Below, piece after piece: positions 32,617-42,153 of a DNA stretch of 64,000 nt. The notes beneath the pieces are model-generated. The model did no database searches. It was not told where the DNA came from and saw only the letters and a program-made list of their open reading frames with translations. Numbering within the stretch: position 1 is the stretch's first letter; the number at the start of each line of letters is the position of its first letter. A program made the position numbers and the translations under genes. Source of the DNA: an uncultured Armatimonadetes bacterium. GTDB lineage: Bacteria; Armatimonadota; UBA5829; DTJY01. The DNA is taken from NCBI GenBank assembly GCA_963717145.1, contig OY970325.1, positions 3,552,001 to 3,616,000 of the forward strand, written 5' to 3'.

Positions 32617-33989
32617 CCATGACCAGGCGCCGGATCATGATACTGCTGTTGTTCGCCGGACTCGCGGCATGTGTCACGCACTGTGCTCATCCCAAGGGGA
32701 GTGCGGCCGGGGATGACAGGACCATGTCTGGCAGGGAGTTCGTCCAACTGCTGGCCGACGGAAGATTCTCCAACGCAACCGCCCGGTTCGATGATACCAT
32801 GAAGAAGGCCATGTCCACGGCACAGTTGGAGCAGATGTGGCAGACCCTCATCCGGCAGAAGGGGAGCTTCCAGGGCATAGTCGGCGCTCAGCGCGGCCAA
32901 AAAGGCGGATACGATCTCGTGGACGTGACCTGCGAGTTTGCGAACGGCAAGCTGAATCTGCAGGTGGTGTTCGATTCCGCCGGGCGGGTTTCCGGCCTGT
33001 GGATTCAGCCGGCAACTGACGGAGCGAGCGCGGTGACTCCCGAGTACACCCCGCCCGCATACGTACAGAGGGATCGGTTTGAGGAGAAGGAGATCACCGT
33101 CGGCCAGGGCGGGGAGTGGGCACTCCCCGGCACGCTCACGATCCCGAAAGGCAAGGGACCATTCCCGGCGGTGGTGCTGGTTCACGGATCGGGGCCGAAT
33201 GGCCGGGATGAGACACTCGGCCCCAACAAGCCGTTTCGCGACATCGCCTGGGGTCTCGCGTCGAAAGGGATCGCCGTCCTGCGATACGACAAGCGCACGA
33301 AGGTCCACGCGCCTCGGATGGCCGGCATGGTGGACACGCTCACCGTGAAAGAGGAGGTCATCGATGATGCCCTGGCGGCGGTCGCACTCGCGCGCAAGTC
33401 GGATCGCATCGACACAAACAAGGTCTTCGTGCTCGGTCACAGTCTCGGCGGCATGGTCGCCCCTCGGATCGGAAAGGCCGACCCGAAGATCGCAGGGCTG
33501 ATCGTCCTGGCGGGCCCGACTCGGCCCTTCGAGGACATTATTCTGGAGCAGATGACGTACATCTATTCGCTTCAGGGGACAATGAGCGCTGAGGCGAAGA
33601 AGGAGATCGAGAAGTTGAAGCAGCAGGTGGCGAACGTCAAGAGCCCGAAGCTCACGCCGAAGACGCCTGCTTCGACGCTCCCGCTCGGAGTCCCCGCCCC
33701 GTACTGGCTCGATCTGCGGGGGTATCAGCCGGCAGAGATGGCAAGATCGCTCATGCAGACGATGCTGATACTCCAGGGCGGGCGTGACTACCAGGTCACC
33801 GAGGCCGACTTCAAGGACTGGAAGGCGGCGCTCTCTTCCCGGAAGGATGTGACCTTCAAACTCTACCCGGACCTGAACCACCTGTTCATGACCGGCAAGG
33901 GCAAGGCCGTTCCCGCAGAGTACAACAACCCCGGCTTCGTATCTGAGACTGTGGTGAATGACGTCGCAAACTGGATCAAGCAGCGCTGA
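32613..33989 (+). CDS. DUF3887-domain alpha/beta hydrolase (esterase/peptidase), secreted
   Basis: VHGSGP, GHSLG nucleophile elbow, QGGRDYQV and LNHLF triad motifs. Confidence 0.88.
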   Translation: MTMTRRRIMILLLFAGLAACVTHCAHPKGSAAGDDRTMSGREFVQLLADGRFSNATARFDDTMKKAMSTAQLEQMWQTLIRQKGSFQGIVGAQRGQKGGYDLVDVTCEFANGKLNLQVVFDSAGRVSGLWIQPATDGASAVTPEYTPPAYVQRDRFEEKEITVGQGGEWALPGTLTIPKGKGPFPAVVLVHGSGPNGRDETLGPNKPFRDIAWGLASKGIAVLRYDKRTKVHAPRMAGMVDTLTVKEEVIDDALAAVALARKSDRIDTNKVFVLGHSLGGMVAPRIGKADPKIAGLIVLAGPTRPFEDIILEQMTYIYSLQGTMSAEAKKEIEKLKQQVANVKSPKLTPKTPASTLPLGVPAPYWLDLRGYQPAEMARSLMQTMLILQGGRDYQVTEADFKDWKAALSSRKDVTFKLYPDLNHLFMTGKGKAVPAEYNNPGFVSETVVNDVANWIKQR

Positions 33990-34020
33990 TCGGGCGTGCA
34001 GGAATGGCTTCCGGAATCGT

Positions 34021-34034
34021 CGAACATACATTCG
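34021..34034. promoter_or_regulatory. LexA (SOS) box, Firmicutes/Actinobacteria type
   Basis: CGAACATACATTCG (1 mismatch to CGAAC-N4-GTTCG) upstream of a repair helicase. Confidence 0.7.
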
Positions 34035-34040
34035 GGAGAG

Positions 34041-34110
34041 GGAAATGGTTGATGGTTCATGGTTGATGGGGGATCAGTCCGCCATTAACCATCAGCCATC
34101 AACCATTCCC
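34041..34110. repeat. Inverted heptamer array (ATGGTTG)n...(CAACCAT)n
   Basis: ATGGTTGATGGTTCATGGTTGATGG ... CCATTAACCATCAGCCATCAACCAT. Confidence 0.9.
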
Positions 34111-34111
34111 T

Positions 34112-36646
34112 ATGGGGTTTGCCGTGGATTTCACCGATTTTCTGCACAGGATAACACACTCGCGGCGATATGAGGGGCAGGTCGTCCACATACACCACAT
34201 CCCGAGGCGGGAGGCGGCTTTCGGCTACCTGTCCGAGCCGCTGTCGCCCGAACTCACCTCGGCGCTCGGGCAGATGGGCATCGAGAGACTTTATACCCAC
34301 CAGGTGGAGGCGATCGAAGCGATCCGGCGCGGGGAGAGCGTCGTCACCGTCACCGGCACCGCGAGCGGGAAGACCCTCTGTTACAACATCCCCGTGCTGG
34401 AAAGCCTGCTGGGAGAGTGTGGGAGTATGGGAGTGTGGGAGTATGGGAGTCCGGCTACTCCCACACTCCCACACTCCCATACTCCCACACGTCCGTCAAC
34501 CGCTTTCTACCTTTTCCCGACGAAGGCCCTGGCGCAGGATCAGCTTCGGGGACTGAGACGATACGCCGAGCTGGAACCGGCGCTCGCGGGTGTGATGAAG
34601 GCCGGCTGCTATGACGGCGATACCCCGCCCACGACGCGCAAGAAGCTCCGGGACGAGGCGAGCATCATCCTCACGAACCCGGATATGCTCCACCAGGGCA
34701 TCCTTCCATATCACACGCGATGGAGCAAGTTCTTCTCCAACCTGCGCTACGTGGTGATCGACGAGATCCACAGCTACCGTGGCATATTCGGCTCGAACGT
34801 GGCGAACGTCATCAGGCGGCTGAACCGCGTCTGCGAGTTCTATGGAGTCAGGCCGCAGTTCGTCTGCTCGTCGGCCACCATCGCGAACCCGAAGGAACTC
34901 GCCGAGAAGCTGATCGGCCGTCCGATGACCCTGGTGAACGACGACGGCTCACCCCGTGGGGAGAAGCAGTTCGTCCTGTGGAATCCGCCGATCATCGATG
35001 TCGGCGGGATGGAACGCCGAAGCTCGAACGTGGAGGCGCAGGACCTGATGGTGACGCTGATGAAGAGCGGCGTGCGGACGATCACCTTCGGGAAGGCGCG
35101 CGTCGTCGCGGAACTGATGTACAAGTACGTCCGGGATGCGCTCCCGAGACAGCTTCAGGACAAAGTGCGCCCATACCGGGGCGGATACCTGCCCGAGGAG
35201 CGCCGGGAGATCGAACGCCAGCTCTTCTCCGGCGAACTGATGGGCATCACCAGTACGAACGCGCTCGAACTCGGCATCGATGTCGGCGGGCTCGATGCGT
35301 CGATCATCATCGGCTTTCCGGGGACGATTGCGAGCGTCTGGCAGCAGGCGGGTCGCGCCGGTCGCGGCACGGAGGACTCGCTCGTTGTCTTCGTCGCGTA
35401 CAACGATCCGATCGATCAGTATCTCGTGCGGCGGCCTGAGTACTTCTTCGGCCAGTCGCCGGAGAGCGCGGTGATCGACCCGGAGAACCCTTATGTCCTG
35501 GCGCATCATCTGAAGTGCGCGGCCTTCGAGTTGCCGCTGAAGGAGCACGATTCACGCTCGTTCGGCGGAGGCATGGCGCCGATCGCCGAAATCCTCGAGG
35601 ACTCGGGTGACTTCAAGCAGATCGGCGACACGTACTACTACTCGAGCACGGAGTTTCCTGCTAAGGGCGTCAACCTGCGCACCATCTCCGATAACACCTT
35701 CGTCATTGCGGAGGTCGAGGGCGACCTACAGGAGGCCAAGGCAAAGGACACTCCGACAGACGAGAAGTTCAATCCAAGGTCCCTTCCCTCCGGCAGTCGA
35801 GTGATTGGCCAGGTGGACTCGATCAGCGCGCCGGAACTCGTTTACCCGCAGGCGATCTACATGCAGCAGGGCGAGACCTATTTCGTCGAGGACCTCGATC
35901 TCGTGAACCGAGTCGCCTATGTCCGCCGCGCCGAGGTCGACTACTATACGAACGCCATTTTGGATTCGTCGATACGAGTGGGGAGTATGGGAGTGTGGGG
36001 GTATGGGAGTATGGGGGAATCAGAGACTCCCATACCCCCACACTCCCACACTCCCGTACAGCCGCAACAGAAGATGTGGGGCAGCAGCACAGTGTGTTGC
36101 GGCTCAGCGACGGTCACCTGGGCGACGACCGGCTTCAAGAAGATCAAGTTCTACAGCCTGGACAGCATCGGGTACGGCAAGGTCGATATCCCAGCGCAGC
36201 ACCTGGAGACGATGGCGATGTGGATCATCCCGCCTGTCGAGCTGATCGCTGAGATTCGCAGGAGTGGCCGCAACCCGATCGAGGGGCTGATGGGCATCCG
36301 GAACCTGGCGGTCCACGCGCTCCCGCTCTTCGCGATGTGCGACACGGAGGACATCGGAGGGGTCGTCGACAGCTCGAACACCGGGTCGCCGACCGTCTTC
36401 CTCTACGACCGCTATACCGGCGGCATAGGGTTCGCCGAGACGGGGTACGAAAAGGTCGAAGACTTGATGCGGACCTGCCTGCAGATGGTCGAGGAATGCG
36501 GCTGTGAGGACGGATGCCCGTCGTGCGTCGGCATCCCGACTCTCCGGCCCGCGATCCACACCGACCCGGATATCTTCGGCTCGTTCCCGATCCCGGACAA
36601 GCAGGCGGCGCTCACGATCCTGCGGCGGATGGTGGGCACTTCGTAG
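34112..36646 (+). CDS. DEAD/DEAH-box helicase with DUF1998 (MrfA/YprA/SftH/Hrq1 family)
   Basis: TASGKT, DEIH, SAT, ALELGIDVG and QQAGRAGR motifs; C-terminal CxCxxGCPSC. Confidence 0.93.
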   Translation: MGFAVDFTDFLHRITHSRRYEGQVVHIHHIPRREAAFGYLSEPLSPELTSALGQMGIERLYTHQVEAIEAIRRGESVVTVTGTASGKTLCYNIPVLESLLGECGSMGVWEYGSPATPTLPHSHTPTRPSTAFYLFPTKALAQDQLRGLRRYAELEPALAGVMKAGCYDGDTPPTTRKKLRDEASIILTNPDMLHQGILPYHTRWSKFFSNLRYVVIDEIHSYRGIFGSNVANVIRRLNRVCEFYGVRPQFVCSSATIANPKELAEKLIGRPMTLVNDDGSPRGEKQFVLWNPPIIDVGGMERRSSNVEAQDLMVTLMKSGVRTITFGKARVVAELMYKYVRDALPRQLQDKVRPYRGGYLPEERREIERQLFSGELMGITSTNALELGIDVGGLDASIIIGFPGTIASVWQQAGRAGRGTEDSLVVFVAYNDPIDQYLVRRPEYFFGQSPESAVIDPENPYVLAHHLKCAAFELPLKEHDSRSFGGGMAPIAEILEDSGDFKQIGDTYYYSSTEFPAKGVNLRTISDNTFVIAEVEGDLQEAKAKDTPTDEKFNPRSLPSGSRVIGQVDSISAPELVYPQAIYMQQGETYFVEDLDLVNRVAYVRRAEVDYYTNAILDSSIRVGSMGVWGYGSMGESETPIPPHSHTPVQPQQKMWGSSTVCCGSATVTWATTGFKKIKFYSLDSIGYGKVDIPAQHLETMAMWIIPPVELIAEIRRSGRNPIEGLMGIRNLAVHALPLFAMCDTEDIGGVVDSSNTGSPTVFLYDRYTGGIGFAETGYEKVEDLMRTCLQMVEECGCEDGCPSCVGIPTLRPAIHTDPDIFGSFPIPDKQAALTILRRMVGTS
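34415..34490. repeat. In-frame palindromic octamer array (GGGAGTRT)n...(AYACTCCC)n in helicase
   Basis: Encodes ECGSMGVWEYGSPATPTLPHSHTPT between motifs I and Ia. Confidence 0.9.
35976..36059. repeat. Second in-frame palindromic octamer array in helicase
   Basis: Encodes VGSMGVWGYGSMGESETPIPPHSHTPV. Confidence 0.9.
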
Positions 36647-36688
36647 GGAACGTGCCCGAGTCTGAGGTCTACCTGAGGGAGGTTCACC

Positions 36689-36862
36689 ATGCAGAGCACA
36701 AAGCGAATCCTTGGAGCATTGCTCGGCAGCGTGGTGTGAGCGGCATTCGTGTACGCGGTCTGCGTATACTGGCCTTTCCACCTACCGCAACGCACCGGCC
36801 TGATCATCGGCGGGCTCGTCTTCCTGCTTGCATTCGTCTCCAGCCTGCTCAAGCGGAAGTAG
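36689..36862 (+). pseudogene. Small two-TM membrane protein with in-frame TGA
   Basis: GGAGG RBS; MQSTKRILGALLGSVV*AAFVYAVCVYWPFHLPQRTGLIIGGLVFLLAFVSSLLKRK. Confidence 0.55.
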
Positions 36863-36897
36863 TCGAGATTGACGATGCCGCCCACATCTGATAGACT

Positions 36898-36999
36898 CTT
36901 TGGAGTGCGTTGGGAGGGCGAAGCTCCGTCTGAGCCGCCTCTTTCTGTGCCGACCGGGGCGGCTCAGACGGAGCTTCGCCCTCCCAACGCACTCCAAAG
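36898..36999. repeat. Compound REP-like palindrome
   Basis: CTTTGGAGTGCGTTGGGAGGGCGAAGCTCCGTCTGAGCCGCC ... GGCGGCTCAGACGGAGCTTCGCCCTCCCAACGCACTCCAAAG. Confidence 0.9.
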
Positions 37000-37016
37000 T
37001 CGAAGGGGGTCACGAA

Positions 37017-38046
37017 ATGCAGGGAGACGACAAGGGGACGATCCGCAATGTCGATCAGCTCGAGGAGATGCTGAGCGAGCCGACGCAGGGTGTCATCGAC
37101 GCGCTCGGCCGCATCGACGGTGACATTCTGATCCTCGGTGTCGGCGGCAAGATGGGGCCGACGCTCGCTCGTATGGCAAAGCGCGCCGTCGGAGATCGCC
37201 GGGTCATCGGCGTCGACATATTCCCGAACGCCGAGATGCAGTCACGCATCGAGTCGTTCGGGATCGAGACGATCAAGTGCAATCTCCTGGATCCCGACCA
37301 GCTCAACGGTCTCCCGGACGCGAAAAACGTCGTTTTCATGGTCGGCATGAAGTTCGGCTCGACCGGCCAGGAGGCGCTGACCTGGGCGATGAACGCATTT
37401 CTCCCCGGCATGGTGGCGCTCAAGTATCGGAACAGCCGCATCGTGGTCTTCTCGACCGGCAACATCTACGGCCTTGCGCCGGTCCTCCGCGGCGGATCCG
37501 TCGAGACCGACACCCTGAACCCGATCGGCGATTATGCCACGAGCGCACTCGGTCGCGAGCGGATCTTCGAGCACTTCAGCCGCACCTACGGCATCCCGAC
37601 AACCATCATTCGCCTGAACTACGCGATCGACATGCGATACGGCGTGCTGTTCGATATCGCGCAGAAGGTCCTGGCAGGCGAGACAATCGATGTCACGATG
37701 GGCAACGCCAACGTCATCTGGCAGGGCGACGCCAACGCCATGATCCTCCAGTCGTTCAGTGTCGCCGCGACGCCTCCATTCGTGGCTGAACGTCGCCGGC
37801 CCCGAGTTGCTCAGCATCCGTCGGGTCGCCGAGCAGTTCGGCGAGATCATGGGCAAGCCGGTCGCACTCGCGGGATGCGAGTCCCCGGACGGCATCCTCA
37901 GCAACGGGCAACTCGGCCACAAGCTGTTCGGCTACCCGAAAGTCCCCGTCCGCCGGATGATGGGCTGGATCGCCGACTGGGTGATGTCCGGCGGCGCGAG
38001 CCTCGGGAAGCCGACACATTTCGAAAGTCGCGATGGGAAGTTTTAG
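37017..38046 (+). CDS. NAD-dependent epimerase/dehydratase family protein (frameshift near 37785)
   Basis: LGVGGKMG, FSTGNIY and RLNYA motifs; C-terminus LNVAGPE...KPTHFESRDGKF in shifted frame. Confidence 0.88.
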
Positions 38047-38128
38047 GGGAATGGGGGATGGTTGATGGTTTATGGTTAATGGGGTCCGGCTCCCATCAAC
38101 CATCAACCATCAACCATCCCCCATTCCC
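38046..38128. repeat. Inverted heptamer array
   Basis: ATGGTTGATGGTTTATGGTTAATGG ... CCATCAACCATCAACCATCAACCAT. Confidence 0.9.
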
Positions 38129-38139
38129 GAGAAGATAAC

Positions 38140-39192
38140 ATGCTGTCTCCCAAAGTGAGGCGAGTCTTGGAGCGGGGGGGCGTGATACCGGCGAGTCCGC
38201 TGGCGCTCACGGCCGAACGGAAGCTCGATGAGCGCAGGCAGAGGGCGCTTTGCCGCTACTACATCGCCGCCGGTTCCGGTGGATTGGCGATCGGCGTGCA
38301 CACCACTCAGTTTGCGATTCGAGAGCCGCAGTTCGGGCTCTTCCGGCCCGTCCTCGAACTGGCCGCGGAGGAGATGGATCGCGCAGATGCCGATCGCCCG
38401 GAGCCGCTCGTCCGAATCGCGGGCATCTGCGGGCGGACCGAGCAGGCGACCGGCGAGGCATTCCTGGCCGCCGAACTGGGGTACTGCGCCGGGCTCCTCA
38501 GCCTGGCCGCGATGAAGGACGCCGACATCGACGACCTGATCGAGCACTGCGAGGCCGTCGCGGATATCATTCCCATCGTCGGATTCTACCTCCAGCCGGC
38601 GGTCGGCGGGCGGGTGCTCCCATACTCGTTCTGGCGGCGGTTCTTCGAGATCCCGAACGTCGTCGCCGTGAAGATCGCCCCGTTCAACCGCTATCAGACG
38701 GTCGACGTCATCCGCGCATTGGCCGAGTCGGGCCGGGACGACATCGCCATCTACACAGGCAACGACGACAACATCGTGATGGACCTGTTGACTCCCCACC
38801 GGTTCGGCGTCGAACAGATCGAGCGCCGGATCGTCGGCGGGCTGCTCGGCCACTGGTCGGTTTGGACGAAGAGAGCGGTGGAGTTGCTCGAGGAGTGTCA
38901 TTTGCTGGTGGATGGCGGCGGAGTTGTGCCTGAGGAGATGATGCGGAGGGCGATAGAGGTCACGGATTCGAATGCGGCGTTCTTCGATGCGGCAAATGGA
39001 TTCGCGGGGTGCATCGCGGGGTTGCACGAGGTCTTGCGGCGTCAGGGTCTGCTCGAGGGCATCTGGTGTCTCGATCCGCATGAGACGCTCAGCCCCGGTC
39101 AGGCCCAGGAGATCGACCGGGTCTACGCAGCCTACCCTCACCTCAACGACGATTCCTTCGTCGCCCAGCACCTCGACGAGTGGCTCTCTTGA
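38140..39192 (+). CDS. Dihydrodipicolinate synthase-like (class I aldolase) family protein
   Basis: VIPASPLAL, GVHTTQF, GFYLQPAVGG, VKIAPFNRY and YTGNDD motifs; paired with the epimerase. Confidence 0.88.
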   Translation: MLSPKVRRVLERGGVIPASPLALTAERKLDERRQRALCRYYIAAGSGGLAIGVHTTQFAIREPQFGLFRPVLELAAEEMDRADADRPEPLVRIAGICGRTEQATGEAFLAAELGYCAGLLSLAAMKDADIDDLIEHCEAVADIIPIVGFYLQPAVGGRVLPYSFWRRFFEIPNVVAVKIAPFNRYQTVDVIRALAESGRDDIAIYTGNDDNIVMDLLTPHRFGVEQIERRIVGGLLGHWSVWTKRAVELLEECHLLVDGGGVVPEEMMRRAIEVTDSNAAFFDAANGFAGCIAGLHEVLRRQGLLEGIWCLDPHETLSPGQAQEIDRVYAAYPHLNDDSFVAQHLDEWLS

Positions 39193-39217
39193 TCCCCTGA
39201 CCCACAGAAAAGAAAAA

Positions 39218-39250
39218 CCCGGCCGATGGGTTCGACCGGGCTGAAACTTG
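39218..39250 (-). terminator. Rho-independent terminator
   Basis: Minus strand CCCGGTCGA-ACCCA-TCGGCCGGG followed by TTTTTCTTTT; hairpin core at about 39228-39250. Confidence 0.7.
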
Positions 39251-39324
39251 TGCCGGTAGCCAACCGGCTGATCTTGCCACGAAAGGAAAGAAGAAAACTC
39301 TTGGAATCACCCGAGAGATATACT

Positions 39325-39340
39325 TGCAAGAATCATGCCA
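39325..39340 (-). promoter_or_regulatory. Sigma54 (-24/-12) promoter
   Basis: TGGCATGATTCTTGCA (GG-N10-GC); identical 16-mer at 53537-53552. Confidence 0.75.
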
Positions 39341-39463
39341 TTCATCTTGCCTACTAACCAATTCCCCTGAACTTTTTTTCTCAAACCCCAACTTTCGGAG
39401 GATCTCCAGGCACTATTGGGAGGCCGGGATTATCATCTAGTGATATGCCTGAGCGTGAATGGG

Positions 39464-40327
39464 TTACTTCGACGCCAGGTTGACTGAGAAATTCAGGTGC
39501 GCTCGGACCGCAACCTGTCCGCCCTGTTTGCCATCGGTCACGTCCGCGTCCATCTGCATGTCTATCGTCCCCTCGGAGCGGATGATGCGGCCCCTCTCGA
39601 CGGAGAAGTACGTCGTCACGTCGCCCACGACCAGCGCCTTGAGGTTGCCGTCGATCGGCAGCTTGGTGTCCGCCACTCGACCGGCCAACTCCGCCAACTG
39701 CGCGAGCGGTAGATCCATATTGCCGCTCAATTCCTGTTTGATGACGGAGACCACATAGCTGCCGAGCTTGCTCCTCTCGGCGGTGAGCTTCGATCTCTGC
39801 TCCACGCCGATGCCCATCGGGAGGTTCATCGTGTCAGTCCAGTAGTCGCCGACGTTCAGCGGCTGGCCGGGAAGCAGGATGTACTGCGTCATTCCGCTGT
39901 TTCCGAGTTGCAGACCACCGAATAGACCGCCCGGCTGGCCGGGGGTGGTGACGCGGGTCGAGGGTCCGTACTTCGACACCAGGCCCGTCATCGGCGGGAT
40001 CTTGCCGAGGGGTAGTTTCCTCGTCTGGTTGCCGATAGTCATTGTCATCGATTCGATCGTATCGACAAGCTCGACGTCGCCGTCCGGAAGCATTCGCCCG
40101 GTCTTCTGCTTGACAATGCCCACCATCTTGATGTGCATCGGTGGGATCTGAGGGGCTTCCGGCGCGCTGATCGCCATCGCGACATCCATGTCCACGACTA
40201 TCTTGTGGCGGACCACCTCGCCCGGGGTGAACTTGTACTGCAGGTCCACCGCGCCCGACGCGTCGGTACCGGCGATGAGAAGTGTTGCCAGGCAGGCAAG
40301 TACTACGAAAAACACTCTACGTACCAT
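39464..40327 (-). CDS. Secreted hypothetical protein
   Basis: Signal peptide, LQYKFTPGE start of mature part, beta-rich; GGAGG RBS. Confidence 0.75.
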   Translation of the reverse strand: MVRRVFFVVLACLATLLIAGTDASGAVDLQYKFTPGEVVRHKIVVDMDVAMAISAPEAPQIPPMHIKMVGIVKQKTGRMLPDGDVELVDTIESMTMTIGNQTRKLPLGKIPPMTGLVSKYGPSTRVTTPGQPGGLFGGLQLGNSGMTQYILLPGQPLNVGDYWTDTMNLPMGIGVEQRSKLTAERSKLGSYVVSVIKQELSGNMDLPLAQLAELAGRVADTKLPIDGNLKALVVGDVTTYFSVERGRIIRSEGTIDMQMDADVTDGKQGGQVAVRAHLNFSVNLASK

Positions 40328-40359
40328 TCATCCGACCTCCCCACGATCTGACATACGAC

Positions 40360-40408
40360 GGGCAGGTCTCGCCCTGCGGGTCGACGACCCGCAGGGCGAG
40401 ACCTGCCC
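40360..40408. repeat. REP-like palindrome
   Basis: GGGCAGGTCTCGCCCTGCGGGTC-GAC-GACCCGCAGGGCGAGACCTGCCC. Confidence 0.85.
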
Positions 40409-40492
40409 CTATCATCACTATGGTTATGTCACATTTCCGGGCAAACACTAATACCGGTTTTTCATCAGACCGGAGACTTCATCCGATCCCTG

Positions 40493-40840
40493 CTAGTCCT
40501 CGATGTAGTAGACCAGAAAGACTCCGGCGTTGCCGTAGTTCTTGGTCGCCGTGATCCCGTTCGGACATGCCACTGGGATGGGCACCATGATTCCGCCAAC
40601 CATGCTGGCGCCCGAGGTCTTCCACACCAGGATCGTGCTTCCGTCCGCAGACAGAGTCATCTGCGCCGACTCGCTGCCGGACTGGATGACCATTCCCACC
40701 AGGTGGACCGGGCCGGCGATCGCGCCCGTATCCGACAGTGCCGCCACCTTTGCCTCGGACGGCATGACGAGCAGTTCGCCCTTGCGAGTGGCGGTCACCT
40801 CCTGCGCCTGTTTCGTCGTTCGATTAGCTGCTGTGAGCAT
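40493..40840 (-). CDS. Phage-cluster hypothetical protein, paralog of 42689-43036
   Basis: AGGAGG RBS; MLTAANRTTKQ...GELLV...GPVHLVG...PIPVAC aligns with the paralog. Confidence 0.75.
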   Translation of the reverse strand: MLTAANRTTKQAQEVTATRKGELLVMPSEAKVAALSDTGAIAGPVHLVGMVIQSGSESAQMTLSADGSTILVWKTSGASMVGGIMVPIPVACPNGITATKNYGNAGVFLVYYIED

Positions 40841-41267
40841 TGGTTGTCCTCCTAGAAGTCGTTCGTGATTCGTGTGCCATCTGGGCGAGAGTCCGACCGT
40901 TCCGCCATTGGACGTGCGGCCGGTCAGGGAACTTCGTCCAGTCGCCGCCCCATTCCAGCCCGCATTCCCCGGCGATCCGGCCGAAGACTCGCCAGGGACC
41001 GTTCCACGTGAGCTGCCCGCCGACCACGAACGCGTAGTCGGCGGCGAGTCCATGATTGTGCCAGGAGGAGCCGCCCCGGGCGTTCGTCACGATCCGGCCA
41101 GGGGCGGTCCGACCATGGGCGTAGAGGCGATTCTGCTCCTGAGCCGATCGGAATCCACAGGTCAGCTTGACGGAAATGCCGACCGCCTGCAGACGCCGCT
41201 CGAACTCCGCCAGCTTGTCTGCGAACTCCGGATCCAGCCCAGGATATGCGCGTTTCGAAGTTGTCAT
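40824..41267 (-). CDS. M15 family metallopeptidase (L-Ala-D-Glu peptidase-type endolysin)
   Basis: RSAQEQNRLY, SWHNHGLAAD, GLEWGGDW and DRPHVQ motifs. Confidence 0.92.
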   Translation of the reverse strand: MTTSKRAYPGLDPEFADKLAEFERRLQAVGISVKLTCGFRSAQEQNRLYAHGRTAPGRIVTNARGGSSWHNHGLAADYAFVVGGQLTWNGPWRVFGRIAGECGLEWGGDWTKFPDRPHVQWRNGRTLAQMAHESRTTSRRTTNAHSS

Positions 41268-41384
41268 AGTTCATCCTCTCAGGAAAGCAGGAAAGCAGGA
41301 ACGGAAAGAACGGGGGAATGGGAGATTGGGAGATCCGGGATCGCCCTTTCACCCTTTCCCCCACTCTCCCATTCACGCTGTGTT

Positions 41385-41699
41385 CTACGCCGCCTTCTGA
41401 CGGACGAGCACGTGCTCGATCAGGAAGTTGATCGTGCTGTCCGGCAGCCAGTCCCCGAGGAGCTTGTACAGCTCCGACTTGGCCCACGTGCGGACGTTCT
41501 CACGCTTCTCCTCGTCTGTCTTGTCCTTCATGCTCTCAGCGGCCTCAATGCCCTCGATGATGACTTCGATGACCTCCGCATTGTCGATGAGGAGGGCAAC
41601 CGGCTTCGGGACGCGCAGCTTGTTCCTCTTCCTGCCGAAGACATACGAGAGAATCGGCAGGATATACGGTATGATCTGCCAGATGTTGTTCTTGCTCAT
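41385..41699 (-). CDS. Holin-like protein (one N-terminal TM)
   Basis: N-terminal hydrophobic helix, AAESM...EEKRE...INFLIE pattern reminiscent of LL-H-type holins; immediately upstream of endolysin. Confidence 0.55.
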   Translation of the reverse strand: MSKNNIWQIIPYILPILSYVFGRKRNKLRVPKPVALLIDNAEVIEVIIEGIEAAESMKDKTDEEKRENVRTWAKSELYKLLGDWLPDSTINFLIEHVLVRQKAA

Positions 41700-41746
41700 A
41701 GAGAATGCTCCTTTCTTGATTCCATAGCTCCTGCGACTATCACAGA

Positions 41747-41841
41747 TGTAGTGGCCGTGCCTCTGTGCCGGCCATCGGGGTGGTCAAGCCGGCACGGAGG
41801 CACGGCCATTCCGATGGCCGGCACAGAGGCACGGCCACTAC
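41747..41841. repeat. GTAG-capped REP cluster (3 units)
   Basis: TGTAGTGGCCGTGCCTCTGTGCCGGCC ... GGCCGGCACAGAGGCACGGCCACTACA; same family at 42615-42680. Confidence 0.9.
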
Positions 41842-41845
41842 ATGC

Positions 41846-42151
41846 CTATACCAACACGATGAACTGCGAGATCTCCTCGTCCTCGAACCGGCGCTTGACC
41901 AGCTTCTTCACGGCATAGGTCCGCCCGTCGAGAGCGACCGTGTCGTTCACCGCCACGGACGTACCCGCAGGTATGAGAGCGATCAGCGCCGGCCGATCGA
42001 ACGTATCCTGTTCGACGTCATCGAAATAGATGTGCATGCGGTTCTTGTCGAGCAACATGAATATCCCTTTGGCCGACGTGGTTCCGTTTATCAGAAACGA
42101 CTGTCCGATCCGGTCGAAGACCGTATCTACTCGCGCCTTCAATCTGCTCAT
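41846..42151 (-). CDS. Putative head-closure/head-tail joining protein
   Basis: 101 aa beta-rich, VAVNDTVALDGRTYAV; follows adaptor gene. Confidence 0.55.
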   Translation of the reverse strand: MSRLKARVDTVFDRIGQSFLINGTTSAKGIFMLLDKNRMHIYFDDVEQDTFDRPALIALIPAGTSVAVNDTVALDGRTYAVKKLVKRRFEDEEISQFIVLV

Positions 42152-42153
42152 GG

